DNA of 64,000 nucleotides, taken from contig JAPLUW010000001.1 in the NCBI GenBank assembly GCA_026397405.1, forward strand, positions 239,825 through 303,824, given 5' to 3'. The stretch is from Candidatus Adlerbacteria bacterium. GTDB taxonomy: Bacteria > Patescibacteriota > Minisyncoccia > Phycocordibacterales > SBAW01. The position numbers were made by a program, and so were the translations under genes. Below, piece after piece: positions 47,049 through 55,558 of the stretch (position 1 is its first letter; the number at the start of each line of letters is the position of its first letter). The notes below the pieces were generated by a model. The model did not search any database and was not told the DNA's origin. It saw only the letters and a program-made list of their open reading frames with translations.

Positions 47049-47318
47049 TTAGGGCTTCTGCTGCGCGGCGAACCAGGTGTCGAGCACGGTCTGGGCCTGT
47101 TCCAGAGTGTCGTAGTAGCCGGTGGGGCTACCATCGACGACTGCACTTTCGTGCAAGGTGCCGTCCGAGTGGAGATACTGGGACTTCCCCCGCTCGGGTT
47201 TTTCAGGCGCCGCTACTAAGCGGTGGATGAAAAACTTGTCGAAGTATGGGGAATCCCTCCCCGTCCCTTGTGTACCGACCCTGAAAGGGCTTGGAAGTTT
47301 TGATTTCGTCTCGAGCAT
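47049..47318 (-). CDS. ORFan soluble protein (89 aa)
   Basis: GGGAGG SD before ATG; TTGACA-16-TAGAAT at 47357-47384. Confidence 0.6.
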   Translation of the reverse strand: MLETKSKLPSPFRVGTQGTGRDSPYFDKFFIHRLVAAPEKPERGKSQYLHSDGTLHESAVVDGSPTGYYDTLEQAQTVLDTWFAAQQKP

Positions 47319-47413
47319 ACTTCCCTCCCGTGAAGACCAAATTGGTATCAAGGGCAATTCTAGACGTCGCGGTCTATTTGTCAAAGCATGTGCTCACGGC
47401 ATACTATTGGGAC

Positions 47414-48241
47414 ATGAAGTTAATTTCTTGGAACGTAAACGGCATCCGCGCAGTACATAATAAAAATTTGTTTGTGCCGTTTATCGAAGAGTACAAACCC
47501 GACATTTTGTGCCTGCAAGAAACAAAGGCGCAGCAAGCACAGAGCGAAGTTGATCTGCCTGACTATGAAGAATATTGGAACTCAGCGGTAAAAAAGGGCT
47601 ACAGCGGCACGGCCATCTTTGTGCGAACAAAGATAAATAAAGAGATTACCAAACACAAACCACTTGCGGTGTTGCTGGGTCTGCCAGAAGATATTGCAAA
47701 AAAATATAAGCTCGACGGTGATGAATATGGCGACCCAAATGCCGAAGGCCGCGTGCTTGCCGCAGAGTTTGAAAAATATTATGTAGTAACTGTATACACG
47801 CCAAATTCCAAAGAAGATCTTTCGCGCCTCTCATTGCGCCACACACAATGGGACCCAGCCTTTTTGGAATATATGAAACGTCTCGAAGAAAAAAAGCCTG
47901 TAATGTTTTGCGGCGACTTAAATGTTGCCCACCAGGAAATCGACTTGGCCAACCCAAAAGCAAATGTTGGCAAGCATGGTTTCACAGCAGAAGAGCGCGA
48001 AGGAATAGACAAAGTAGTTGCGGCCGGGTTTGTAGATACTTTTCGCCATCTGCACCCCACTACTGAGAAGGCCTACAGCTGGTGGAGCCACTTTGCTAAC
48101 TCGCGTGCACGTAACGTTGGCTGGCGTATCGACTACTGGTTTGCCTCAAAGTCCCTCACGAAACACCTGAAAAACGCTGAAGTCCTGCCTGCCGTGATGG
48201 GTTCCGACCACTGTCCTGTCTTATTGGAGGTTGATATATAA
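47414..48241 (+). CDS. xth: Exodeoxyribonuclease III
   Basis: SWNVNGIRA, LCLQETK, GYSG, GDLNVAH, GWRIDY, SDHCP. Confidence 0.95.
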   Translation: MKLISWNVNGIRAVHNKNLFVPFIEEYKPDILCLQETKAQQAQSEVDLPDYEEYWNSAVKKGYSGTAIFVRTKINKEITKHKPLAVLLGLPEDIAKKYKLDGDEYGDPNAEGRVLAAEFEKYYVVTVYTPNSKEDLSRLSLRHTQWDPAFLEYMKRLEEKKPVMFCGDLNVAHQEIDLANPKANVGKHGFTAEEREGIDKVVAAGFVDTFRHLHPTTEKAYSWWSHFANSRARNVGWRIDYWFASKSLTKHLKNAEVLPAVMGSDHCPVLLEVDI

Positions 48242-48253
48242 CTTAAACCTCGC

Positions 48254-48964
48254 CTACTTATTTAGAGCAAAAGGATTGAAGTTGGTTCCGTGGTCGTACG
48301 TATCGAGCCCTTCTTTGTGTTTAATAATACGTATAACTTTTCGTGTTACGGGAAGCGCGAGTATTTCCCACAGAGTACAAAAGACAACGGTTGTTGTGAT
48401 AAGTGGCACAAGTTCGCTAAAGGTAAACCATCCGGCAAAATAAAACGCGATAAAGAATGCCAGCCCATTGTCGACTATCTGTCCAAAGAACGTCGATATA
48501 GTGAGTCGCGCACTAATATATCTGCCTTCGTTCCAGAGTTTCATCTTGGCAACAATATACGAATTTGTAAGTTCTCCACAGAAAAACGCAAAAATAAAAC
48601 CGATGGCGACGACGGGTGCAGACCTGAAGATTAAATTATACGAGTCGTTATATTCGAACGAGGGGTTTGGGATATAGGTATAGATAGATGCAAGCGTGCC
48701 TGCGAGCAACATGCAGCTAAATCCGGTCCACACAATTTTCCGAGTGACTCGGTAGCCATACACTTCAGTGTAAATATCCGCGAAGATGTAGACCAATGGG
48801 TATGCAAGTGCCCCGACCGAAAAGACAAGATGGCCTACGTAGAATGTTTTGAGTGCTGTAAACATGCCCACCACTAAAATGGTGACCCAGACCATGCCGA
48901 ATATTCCCAAGTATTTATGGGGCTGGATTGCCGAAACAACGGGTTCGGTGATTAAATTTTTCAT
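48254..48964 (-). CDS. Queuosine precursor transporter (YhhQ/VUT family)
   Basis: YPLVYIFADIYTEVYG, GELTNSYIVAKMK, STFFGQIVD, EGLDTYD...TNFNPF. Confidence 0.85.
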   Translation of the reverse strand: MKNLITEPVVSAIQPHKYLGIFGMVWVTILVVGMFTALKTFYVGHLVFSVGALAYPLVYIFADIYTEVYGYRVTRKIVWTGFSCMLLAGTLASIYTYIPNPSFEYNDSYNLIFRSAPVVAIGFIFAFFCGELTNSYIVAKMKLWNEGRYISARLTISTFFGQIVDNGLAFFIAFYFAGWFTFSELVPLITTTVVFCTLWEILALPVTRKVIRIIKHKEGLDTYDHGTNFNPFALNK

Positions 48965-49075
48965 GGCCTCAGTAATTTCAAGTGTAGAGGAATTCCAAGA
49001 TTCCGCTGTTTTTATTTAAATTTCTCACCAGTTCTAATTTTGCTTTTATTTCCAATAGTATTTACACGCCCATAT

Positions 49076-49092
49076 GTCCAAAAAATGGACAC
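49076..49092. promoter_or_regulatory. Palindromic operator candidate between yhhQ and the TrmB-like gene
   Basis: TGTCCA-AAAAA-TGGACA. Confidence 0.4.
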
Positions 49093-49125
49093 AAGAGCGG
49101 AAGTTTTGTATTATGTACGGTACGT

Positions 49126-49887
49126 ATGTTGTGGAATGAAGAACAGCGGCAGGCACTTGGGTTGAAGAAAAAAGAGCAGCGGTTGTTGGACGCGCTGCAT
49201 AAAAAAGGAGTACTCAACACTATGGAGTTGGCGTTTGAAGCTAAGCTCCCTCGTGTTACGGCCATGCGGTTGCTCAAAATTTTGCGCGAGCGTGGATTTG
49301 TTGCCCGGCAAACATTGTTAAACGAAGTGCGTTGGTCGCTGGTGCGGCCGGAGCTCCACATAAAACGTTTGCAAAAAATTTTTGCCGACATGCCCGGGAG
49401 TTCTGGAAAGACCACACTCCCCCTCTCTGACGTTGCACAGGTCACTGTGTTTCGTGGAGCAGACGAGATGTACCAAACTAACGTGAAATTTCTTGCGGCT
49501 CACGCAGGCGAGCGTTTGTATGCAATAGAGCCCAGCGGTATGTGGCGACACATAGTGCAGGTGCCTGTCGAAAAGTGGTTGCATGTAAACCATCTTATCG
49601 GGCAAAAGAAAATTGTTGTGGAGGCTATTGTGGAAGAAGATTTTGAAATACAGATATACAAATACGCGAATAAATATCTTTTAGAAAGTCTGACCGGGCT
49701 TACAAGCGAACTCCATAGTATTCCCAAGGGATATTTAAAATCTTCAACCGAAGTGCTTATATTCCGTGACCAAGCACTCTTCCTCGACTGGGAACAATTG
49801 GTTGGTGTTGAAATAAAAAACTCAAGCACCGTGCATTTGCTTAAAGGGATGTTTACACTTTTAAAATCACAGAGTCGACGAATTTAG
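49126..49887 (+). CDS. TrmB-like wHTH transcriptional regulator
   Basis: LGLKKKEQRL...LPRVT...LRERGFV HTH; VTVFRG and EVLIFRD C-domain. Confidence 0.75.
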   Translation: MLWNEEQRQALGLKKKEQRLLDALHKKGVLNTMELAFEAKLPRVTAMRLLKILRERGFVARQTLLNEVRWSLVRPELHIKRLQKIFADMPGSSGKTTLPLSDVAQVTVFRGADEMYQTNVKFLAAHAGERLYAIEPSGMWRHIVQVPVEKWLHVNHLIGQKKIVVEAIVEEDFEIQIYKYANKYLLESLTGLTSELHSIPKGYLKSSTEVLIFRDQALFLDWEQLVGVEIKNSSTVHLLKGMFTLLKSQSRRI

Positions 49888-50126
49888 AAATTTTTATAGG
49901 TGTCCTCATTTCGGCGACTTATTTCTATTATCTGAATAGTGTCCGCACGTTTCTGGTAGATAATTCGTATACTCTGCACGCGCACGCGGAAGATATCATC
50001 AAAACCTTTCAATTTTTTAATATCAAGGTCCTGGGTATTTCCTGAAAGTACTATTTGAATCGTTTCCCGGACAGTTCCCCGCTCTTTTGGCGAGAGTCTC
50101 GCTAGAAATTTTTGAATTTTATCCAT
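49884..50126 (-). CDS. RelE/ParE family toxin
   Basis: DIKKLKGFDDIFRVRVQSIRIIY; overlaps the antitoxin. Confidence 0.85.
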   Translation of the reverse strand: MDKIQKFLARLSPKERGTVRETIQIVLSGNTQDLDIKKLKGFDDIFRVRVQSIRIIYQKRADTIQIIEISRRNEDTYKNF

Positions 50127-50370
50127 CCAATTTCTTCAGGGCAGCAAGAACATCCCTTCCAGAGACGCCGTTTTTGTTGATTTCTGTAAAGTCTATGACT
50201 GTTTCCCAGCCCATCTCTTCACTGTCTACAGGCATAAGACGGAAGATTGGTGTCGAGCGGCGAAAGACAGTTATAGAGTCGCCTTTGTCTACAGCATCAA
50301 TATACTTCTCCATATTTTCACGGAGTTCTTTCAAACCAACCGTAGTTTGTTTTGTAGACTTGGTATTCAT
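50119..50370 (-). CDS. Phd/YefM family antitoxin
   Basis: VGLKELRENMEKYIDAVDKGDSITVFRRSTPIFRLMP. Confidence 0.85.
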   Translation of the reverse strand: MNTKSTKQTTVGLKELRENMEKYIDAVDKGDSITVFRRSTPIFRLMPVDSEEMGWETVIDFTEINKNGVSGRDVLAALKKLDG

Positions 50371-50376
50371 AGATAT

Positions 50377-50406
50377 AAGTTTATCTTAAGGTAAACTTTG
50401 TGTCAA
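50377..50406 (-). promoter_or_regulatory. TA promoter with overlapping palindromic operator
   Basis: TTGACA-17-TAAACT, ATG 7 nt downstream; AAGTTTATCTTAAGGTAAACTT palindrome at 50377-50398. Confidence 0.7.
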
Positions 50407-50479
50407 TTAGGTGAATAGATAAAAAGAAAAACGCCGAGACAAGAAGTCCGGCGTTTGGAGTGAAAACTGAGAGGTTATT

Positions 50480-50686
50480 TTAATTCCAGTACTTCTCATT
50501 CATATAGCCCCACAGATATAAGTTCAAAAGGGGCACAATAATGGCAAGCACCAGACCAACGAGGAGGAAAATCGACCTTCTCCTTCCACCGTTTGCCGTG
50601 GTGCCTCTCATGACCCATGGAATAAGAGGATTCATAAGAAGGGTACTGATGAACGCTGGTAGAATAATTAGCTTAAGCAGCAACAT
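50480..50686 (-). CDS. ORFan two-TM small protein (68 aa)
   Basis: GAGGAG SD, TTGACA-17-TATTAT at 50742-50770, terminator AAACGCCG...CGGCGTTTTT downstream. Confidence 0.65.
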   Translation of the reverse strand: MLLLKLIILPAFISTLLMNPLIPWVMRGTTANGGRRRSIFLLVGLVLAIIVPLLNLYLWGYMNEKYWN

Positions 50687-50830
50687 AGCGCACTCCTCTG
50701 CCTTGCTGGGCGATTGTTTCGACGAACTCGGTACTGCATACATAATAGCACTTTAAAACCTTGATGTCAATAAATACTGATGATAAAAAATTGACACAAA
50801 AGCATTATAAATGCTAGAGTTTTAAGGAAG

Positions 50831-51595
50831 ATGTCAAAAAATATTGATGAAAATACAAATAAGGAGCTTTTAAGCAATTTGGAGGCTCTGGGCCTGTCCG
50901 ACAAGGAAGCTCGGGTGTATTTGGCCTTACTTCCCCGCCAAGATACGGGTACTTCCAACTTAATTAGGGCAACGGGGCTGCACGGGCAGTTTGTATACCA
51001 AGCCTTGGAGCGGCTGGAAGAGTTGGGGCTGGCCAAGCATGTCGTGCAAAGCGGCCGCAAGAAATTTAGCGCTGGCTCGCCCGAGCGAATACTCTCACTT
51101 GTTGAAGAAAAAAAGTTGGCGGCCCAGGCAGTGGTGCGGCAGCTCAAAGAGCAGTTTGCCGGCAAGCACGAACAGAGCTTCGAGGTCTTTCAAGGTGACT
51201 CGGCGTTTGTCGCCCACGAGTTTGCGTTGCTTGAAGCAATGCCTGAGGGGGGCGTTATTGATGTGCTCGGGGGCGGAGGTGACAAATATGTGGGGTTGAT
51301 GGGTCACGAGATGAACGAGTACGAAAAACTGCGTGTAAGCAAAAAAGTAGCTGTGCGGTACATCAGCACAGCTGGGAACCATAATTATTTGAAGATAATG
51401 GCTCAAACACGTGAGTTTTTTGACTACCGTGTTCTGCCCGACGCCGCGTCAGGCGTAGACACTGACATTTTGATGGATAAAATAATCTTCCATCTCTTTG
51501 GAGAGCCGGTTGTCTCTTTTACCTTTACAAACAAAGTGATATCGGACGGATACCGGAGGTTTTTTGAGGTGTTGTGGAACCTTTCGAGTAAGTAA
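50831..51595 (+). CDS. TrmB family transcriptional regulator
   Basis: LEALGLSDKEARVYLALL...VYQALERLEELGL HTH; EVFQG, FFEVLW. Confidence 0.85.
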   Translation: MSKNIDENTNKELLSNLEALGLSDKEARVYLALLPRQDTGTSNLIRATGLHGQFVYQALERLEELGLAKHVVQSGRKKFSAGSPERILSLVEEKKLAAQAVVRQLKEQFAGKHEQSFEVFQGDSAFVAHEFALLEAMPEGGVIDVLGGGGDKYVGLMGHEMNEYEKLRVSKKVAVRYISTAGNHNYLKIMAQTREFFDYRVLPDAASGVDTDILMDKIIFHLFGEPVVSFTFTNKVISDGYRRFFEVLWNLSSK

Positions 51596-51997
51596 ATTTG
51601 GGCACAATTAAACCCGCAACGCCGGAGTAGGTGGTTGCGGGCTCTGTGCCTGCTTCTGAAGTGACTTCTTCAAAAAGAACTAAAGAACTAACTTATTGGG
51701 TCGAAAAACGTAATACCTCGTAATCCAAAATTATTTAAGAATTTGTGAATATACGTACTCGGCTCAACATCAGCTACGAACACTGCTGAAGTTTCTTCGG
51801 AAACGGGAACACATTTGTGCGCTGCAGCGCAAGATTATGTATCGAAAGAACTTGTGCTCAAAAATTTAATCTAGTACAACCGCAGGGCAGTGGTTGCAAA
51901 ACATTTCCTTAATAAGCTCTGAGACAACTGTATGTTTTATAAAGGACAGTGTAAAGGACATATAAAAGACAAACTGGGGATAACCCAGTTTCTAGCC

Positions 51998-53473
51998 TTA
52001 ATTAACAAAGTATTTCTTCTGAATTTCTTTAATACTCTCTTCCTCTAACTCCTCTTTTTTCTCTTTTCCTGCGTCCCCTATTGCACGTAAATCTTTATCT
52101 GAAAGTTTAACGAGTTCCAGTATTTTTGCTTCTAAATATTCTTTTGTATTTAACTTCGGGTCTTCCAACACCTCTTCAAGCAGTGCATGCAGGAGCCAAC
52201 CAATACGCGGGCCGGCTTTCTCCCCCGTTACCTCCATAATCCTCTTCCCGTCTATAGCGAGCATACCAACAGAAATTGGGTCACGCAGAGCCTCTTCTAT
52301 CATTGCCTGGTATTTGCGCAGACGGAAGGGCTGTTCTTTAGGCCTGCCAGTGCCTATACGGTCGCATATGCGTAGTTCGATGAGCTTTTCGATGTTATCC
52401 CTACCTACGTTGGTTATGATGCGTCTGACGGCAGATAACGTGATTTTATCGGGGTCAGAAAAGAACATGTGCCACCGGACCATCCGTTCGGCATTTTCTA
52501 TAGTTTCACGTGAAAATTTAAGCGCTTCCAAGGCCTTTTTTGTGATGCGCGCACCTACGACGTCGTGGCCGTGGAAGGTCCAGTCGTGCTTTTCGTCTGA
52601 CCAACGACGGCTCGCAGGCTTGCCTATGTCATGAAACAAGGCGGCTAGGCGTACTTCGAAGCTCCAGTTTTTGTCAGCTGCGTGCTGCAGAGCGCGTATG
52701 TTGTGTTCAAACACGTCAAAGCTGTGGGCCTGGTTTTGCTCTACCCCTATCCCCTTTTCCAAGTCTGGAGCGATATATCCTAAAATTCCTATACTTTGAG
52801 CCAAAATAATAGCGTTCATCGGCTTGGCTGAGTTTAAAATACGCACAAATTCGTCGCGGATACGTTCTTTTGAAATTTTGCCCAGCTGGGAGGCACATTT
52901 TTGCATTGCGGCCTTTGTTTCAGCCTCAATTGTAAAGCCTAACTCTGCCGAAATACGTATTGCACGCATAATACGCAACGCATCTTCGGCAAAACGCTCC
53001 TCTGGCTCCCCTACGGCGCGCACCACGCCTGCGGCTGTGTCCTTTATGCCGCCATAAAGGTCAAGAAGCTTTTTTTTAGCTGGGTCGTACGCCATCGCAT
53101 TGATGGTAAAGTCGCGGCGCTTAAGGTCATCTTCGATATGTTTGCTAAAAATAACGTTGTCAGGCCTGCGAGCGTCGCTATACTTCCCTTCTAGGCGGTA
53201 CGGCGTTGCTTCGACAATCTTTACATTTTCGTTTGTAGCGTCGTCATTTACGATACCGACAGTGCCAAATTCGTTGGTATAGAAGGTGTTTTCGAACAAA
53301 CTCTGGATTTCTTCCGGGTTGGCGTTGGTAGTTATGTCCCAGTCTTTAGGCGTGCGGCCAAGCAACAGGTCGCGCACGCACCCTCCTACTATCCAGACCT
53401 CGAAGCCGGCCTTGGTAAACGTTTCGGTTATTCGTGAAACCTCCGCGGGTATTTGGTCTTCGAGGAGTTGCAT
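51998..53473 (-). CDS. cca: CCA tRNA nucleotidyltransferase with HD domain
   Basis: VGGCVRDLLLG...DWDITT, DLKRRDFTINA, EDALRIMR, ISKERI, LFHDIGK. Confidence 0.93.
   Translation of the reverse strand: MQLLEDQIPAEVSRITETFTKAGFEVWIVGGCVRDLLLGRTPKDWDITTNANPEEIQSLFENTFYTNEFGTVGIVNDDATNENVKIVEATPYRLEGKYSDARRPDNVIFSKHIEDDLKRRDFTINAMAYDPAKKKLLDLYGGIKDTAAGVVRAVGEPEERFAEDALRIMRAIRISAELGFTIEAETKAAMQKCASQLGKISKERIRDEFVRILNSAKPMNAIILAQSIGILGYIAPDLEKGIGVEQNQAHSFDVFEHNIRALQHAADKNWSFEVRLAALFHDIGKPASRRWSDEKHDWTFHGHDVVGARITKKALEALKFSRETIENAERMVRWHMFFSDPDKITLSAVRRIITNVGRDNIEKLIELRICDRIGTGRPKEQPFRLRKYQAMIEEALRDPISVGMLAIDGKRIMEVTGEKAGPRIGWLLHALLEEVLEDPKLNTKEYLEAKILELVKLSDKDLRAIGDAGKEKKEELEEESIKEIQKKYFVN
52502..52517. 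other. parS-like site inside cca
   Basis: AGTTTCACGTGAAAAT vs consensus TGTTTCACGTGAAACA. Confidence 0.5.
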
Positions 53474-53499
53474 GGCAGAATTCTAACACGCCAGTAGGA

Positions 53500-53571
53500 G
53501 CTCCCGTGGTGAAATGGATATCATGTCTGCCTTCGAAGCAGCTGTTCCAGGTTCGAATCCTGGCGGGAGCA
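53500..53571 (+). tRNA. tRNA-Arg(UCG)
   Basis: GCTCCCG...CGGGAGC-A, anticodon loop CTTCGAA, GTTCGAATC. Confidence 0.93.
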
Positions 53572-53626
53572 CACGCGACGTGTGCCTAGACAAAAGTTTG
53601 TGATATAGTCTTCAGTGTTTGCGGAT

Positions 53627-53697
53627 GCGGATATGGTTTAGTGGTAGAACACATCCTTGCCAAGGATGAGACGGGAGTTCGATTCTCCCTATCCGCA
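53627..53697 (+). tRNA. tRNA-Gly(GCC)
   Basis: GCGGATA...TATCCGC-A, anticodon loop TTGCCAA, GTTCGATTC. Confidence 0.95.
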
Positions 53698-53953
53698 CTA
53701 GGAACGACCAAAATGAAAGATTTCTTTCATTTTTAAGAGACGACGTGCGAAACAAGCTCTGCTTATCCGCACTAAGTACGATATAAGATAAAAGACGTCT
53801 ATGGTGTGGACAATAGATCTCTTGAAAAATAAAGACATATCCACTTTTCTGGGGATAACTATGGGGACAGGTGTATTAAAGACGTGTCTTTAAGTGGGTT
53901 TTATGGCTTATAATGGCATGTAGTGTTTCTAAGATGACACTTTATAGGTTATT

Positions 53954-54205
53954 TGGTTCACATGAAACAGTTTCATGGAAAAGACTAAAAAGAGAGAAAT
54001 AGGCGACTTAGGCGAGGATATAGCCTCGAAATATCTTGAAAAGAGGGGATATATTGTCTTGGATAGGAACTACCTCAAACCCTGGGGCGAATTGGACATT
54101 GTTGCTCGTAAGGACAAAAAGCTCCATTTTATTGAGGTTAAGACCGTCCGCCGTGAGTCGGGACAGGTTTCACGTGAAGCAGGTGGGGATGTTACACGTG
54201 GCACA
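53954..54205. other. Cluster of three parS-like sites at and inside yraN
   Basis: TGGTTCACATGAAACA (53954-69), GGTTTCACGTGAAGCA (54166-81), TGTTACACGTGGCACA (54190-205). Confidence 0.65.
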
Positions 54206-54388
54206 GTTAGGCCGGAAGAGAATATGCACAAAAAGAAAGTTATGAGGTTACACAGGGCCTTGCAGACGTATATGATGGAAAAGAAGGTGGGCGGGGAAGT
54301 AGAGTGGCAAATAGACCTTGCCTGCGTTTACTTGGATTTTTCGTCCAGGCGCGCTACAGTGGAGCTGTTCGAGAATATTATTCTATAA
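53975..54388 (+). CDS. yraN: YraN family nuclease
   Basis: GDLGEDIASKYL, GELDIVA, FIEVKT. Confidence 0.9.
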   Translation: MEKTKKREIGDLGEDIASKYLEKRGYIVLDRNYLKPWGELDIVARKDKKLHFIEVKTVRRESGQVSREAGGDVTRGTVRPEENMHKKKVMRLHRALQTYMMEKKVGGEVEWQIDLACVYLDFSSRRATVELFENIIL

Positions 54389-54397
54389 GTAGGGAAG

Positions 54398-54468
54398 CGG
54401 GGTATCGTATATCGGTAGTACGCTTGCTTTGGGAGCAAGATGGCTCAGTTCGATTCTGAGTACCCCGA
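54398..54468 (+). tRNA. tRNA-Pro(UGG)
   Basis: CGGGGTA...TACCCCG-A, anticodon loop TTTGGGA, GTTCGATTC. Confidence 0.92.
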
Positions 54469-54481
54469 CAAAATTAATCGT

Positions 54482-55348
54482 ATGGAACGGCTAACTCTTG
54501 TAACAAAACCGTCCGACGGGTATGAACTACTCGACTCGGGTGGGGAAGAGAAGCTTGAGCGATTTGGCGATGTTGTGCTTCGCAGACCGGACCCGCAGGC
54601 GTTGTGGCCTAAAAAGTTAGGAGAGAGCGAATGGAATAAAGCCACAGGCACGTATGTGCGTGAGGGTGGGGAAGGTGGCAAATGGGTGGGGAAGCTGCCT
54701 ACAGAGTGGAAAATAAGTTTTGGAGGATTGCAATTTCTGGTCAAACCAACCTCGTTTAAGCACACAGGGTTGTTTCCTGAGCAGGAGTCAAATTGGGTTT
54801 GGACTGCTGAACAAATTTCTAAAGTTGGTAGGGAAGTCTCCGTTCTCAATCTCTTTGGTTACACAGGTGGTGCAACGCTTGCTGCGGCAAAAGCTGGAGC
54901 GCAGGTGACGCATGTAGATGCATCAAAGACAGCAGTTGCGTGGGCACGCGAAAATGCACAAGCGTCGGGGTTGGAAGAAGCACCTATACGGTGGATTACT
55001 GAAGACGTGCTGTTGTTTGTCCGCCGCGAAATTGCACGTGGGAAGAAGTATGACGGCATTATCATGGACCCGCCAGCATTTGGGCACGGGCCAAAAAACG
55101 AAATTTGGAAGATAGAAGAGAATTTGATTGAACTTATAGACCTCTGCGGCCAACTTTTGTCGGACCAACCACTCTTCTTTTTGGTAAACGGCTACGCGGC
55201 AGGATATTCGCCTTTGGCGTTTGCATACAACTTGGAGCAATTTGAAAAAAAGTACGGCGGGGCACTAGAATATGGCGATTTAGGGATTGAGGAGCAGGGA
55301 AGTGGCCGCATACTTCCTGCTGGTATTTTTGCTCGGTGGAAAAAGTAG
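54482..55348 (+). CDS. Class I SAM-dependent (RlmI/RlmK-like) methyltransferase
   Basis: YELLDSG, KHTGLFPEQ, VLNLFGYTGG, DPPAFG; start moved downstream of the tRNA. Confidence 0.88.
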   Translation: MERLTLVTKPSDGYELLDSGGEEKLERFGDVVLRRPDPQALWPKKLGESEWNKATGTYVREGGEGGKWVGKLPTEWKISFGGLQFLVKPTSFKHTGLFPEQESNWVWTAEQISKVGREVSVLNLFGYTGGATLAAAKAGAQVTHVDASKTAVAWARENAQASGLEEAPIRWITEDVLLFVRREIARGKKYDGIIMDPPAFGHGPKNEIWKIEENLIELIDLCGQLLSDQPLFFLVNGYAAGYSPLAFAYNLEQFEKKYGGALEYGDLGIEEQGSGRILPAGIFARWKK

Positions 55349-55349
55349 C

Positions 55350-55515
55350 TTGACAGGTTTTACACTCGGCAGTACGGTGGACATATGGAACGTTCGCAAG
55401 CCCTCTTCGTCTGGATGATTTACCTTCTTACACGAGGGGTTTTTGCAACGCGGTAATCCAACTAAGATACCAAAAAAGATGCAAGGACCTCCACAAGGGG
55501 TCCTTGTTTCGTTTC
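55350..55515 (+). promoter_or_regulatory. Promoter plus leader-peptide attenuator
   Basis: TTGACA-17-TACGGT; leaderless 23-codon uORF; terminator CAAGGACCTC-CACAA-GGGGTCCTTG-TTTCGTTT; alternative pairing 55436-46 with 55481-91. Confidence 0.55.
55385..55456 (+). CDS. Putative leader peptide MERSQALFVWMIYLLTRGVFATR
   Basis: ATG 6 nt after the -10 hexamer; overlaps alternative hairpins. Confidence 0.45.
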   Translation: MERSQALFVWMIYLLTRGVFATR

Positions 55516-55558
55516 GGGAGACTATTTTAGAGTTCGTTCAAACGCGCTAAGGCGCACA

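Noticed and set aside
48965-49060. preQ1 riboswitch upstream of yhhQ
   Set aside because: No stem with the conserved loop and A-rich tail could be identified.
43266-51600. Integrative island driven by the tyrosine recombinase
   Set aside because: The recombinase looks like housekeeping XerC/D, no flanking att repeats are visible, and core-like genes such as xth are interspersed.
54440-54481. Extended start of the methyltransferase
   Set aside because: It lies inside tRNA-Pro; the start was moved to 54482.
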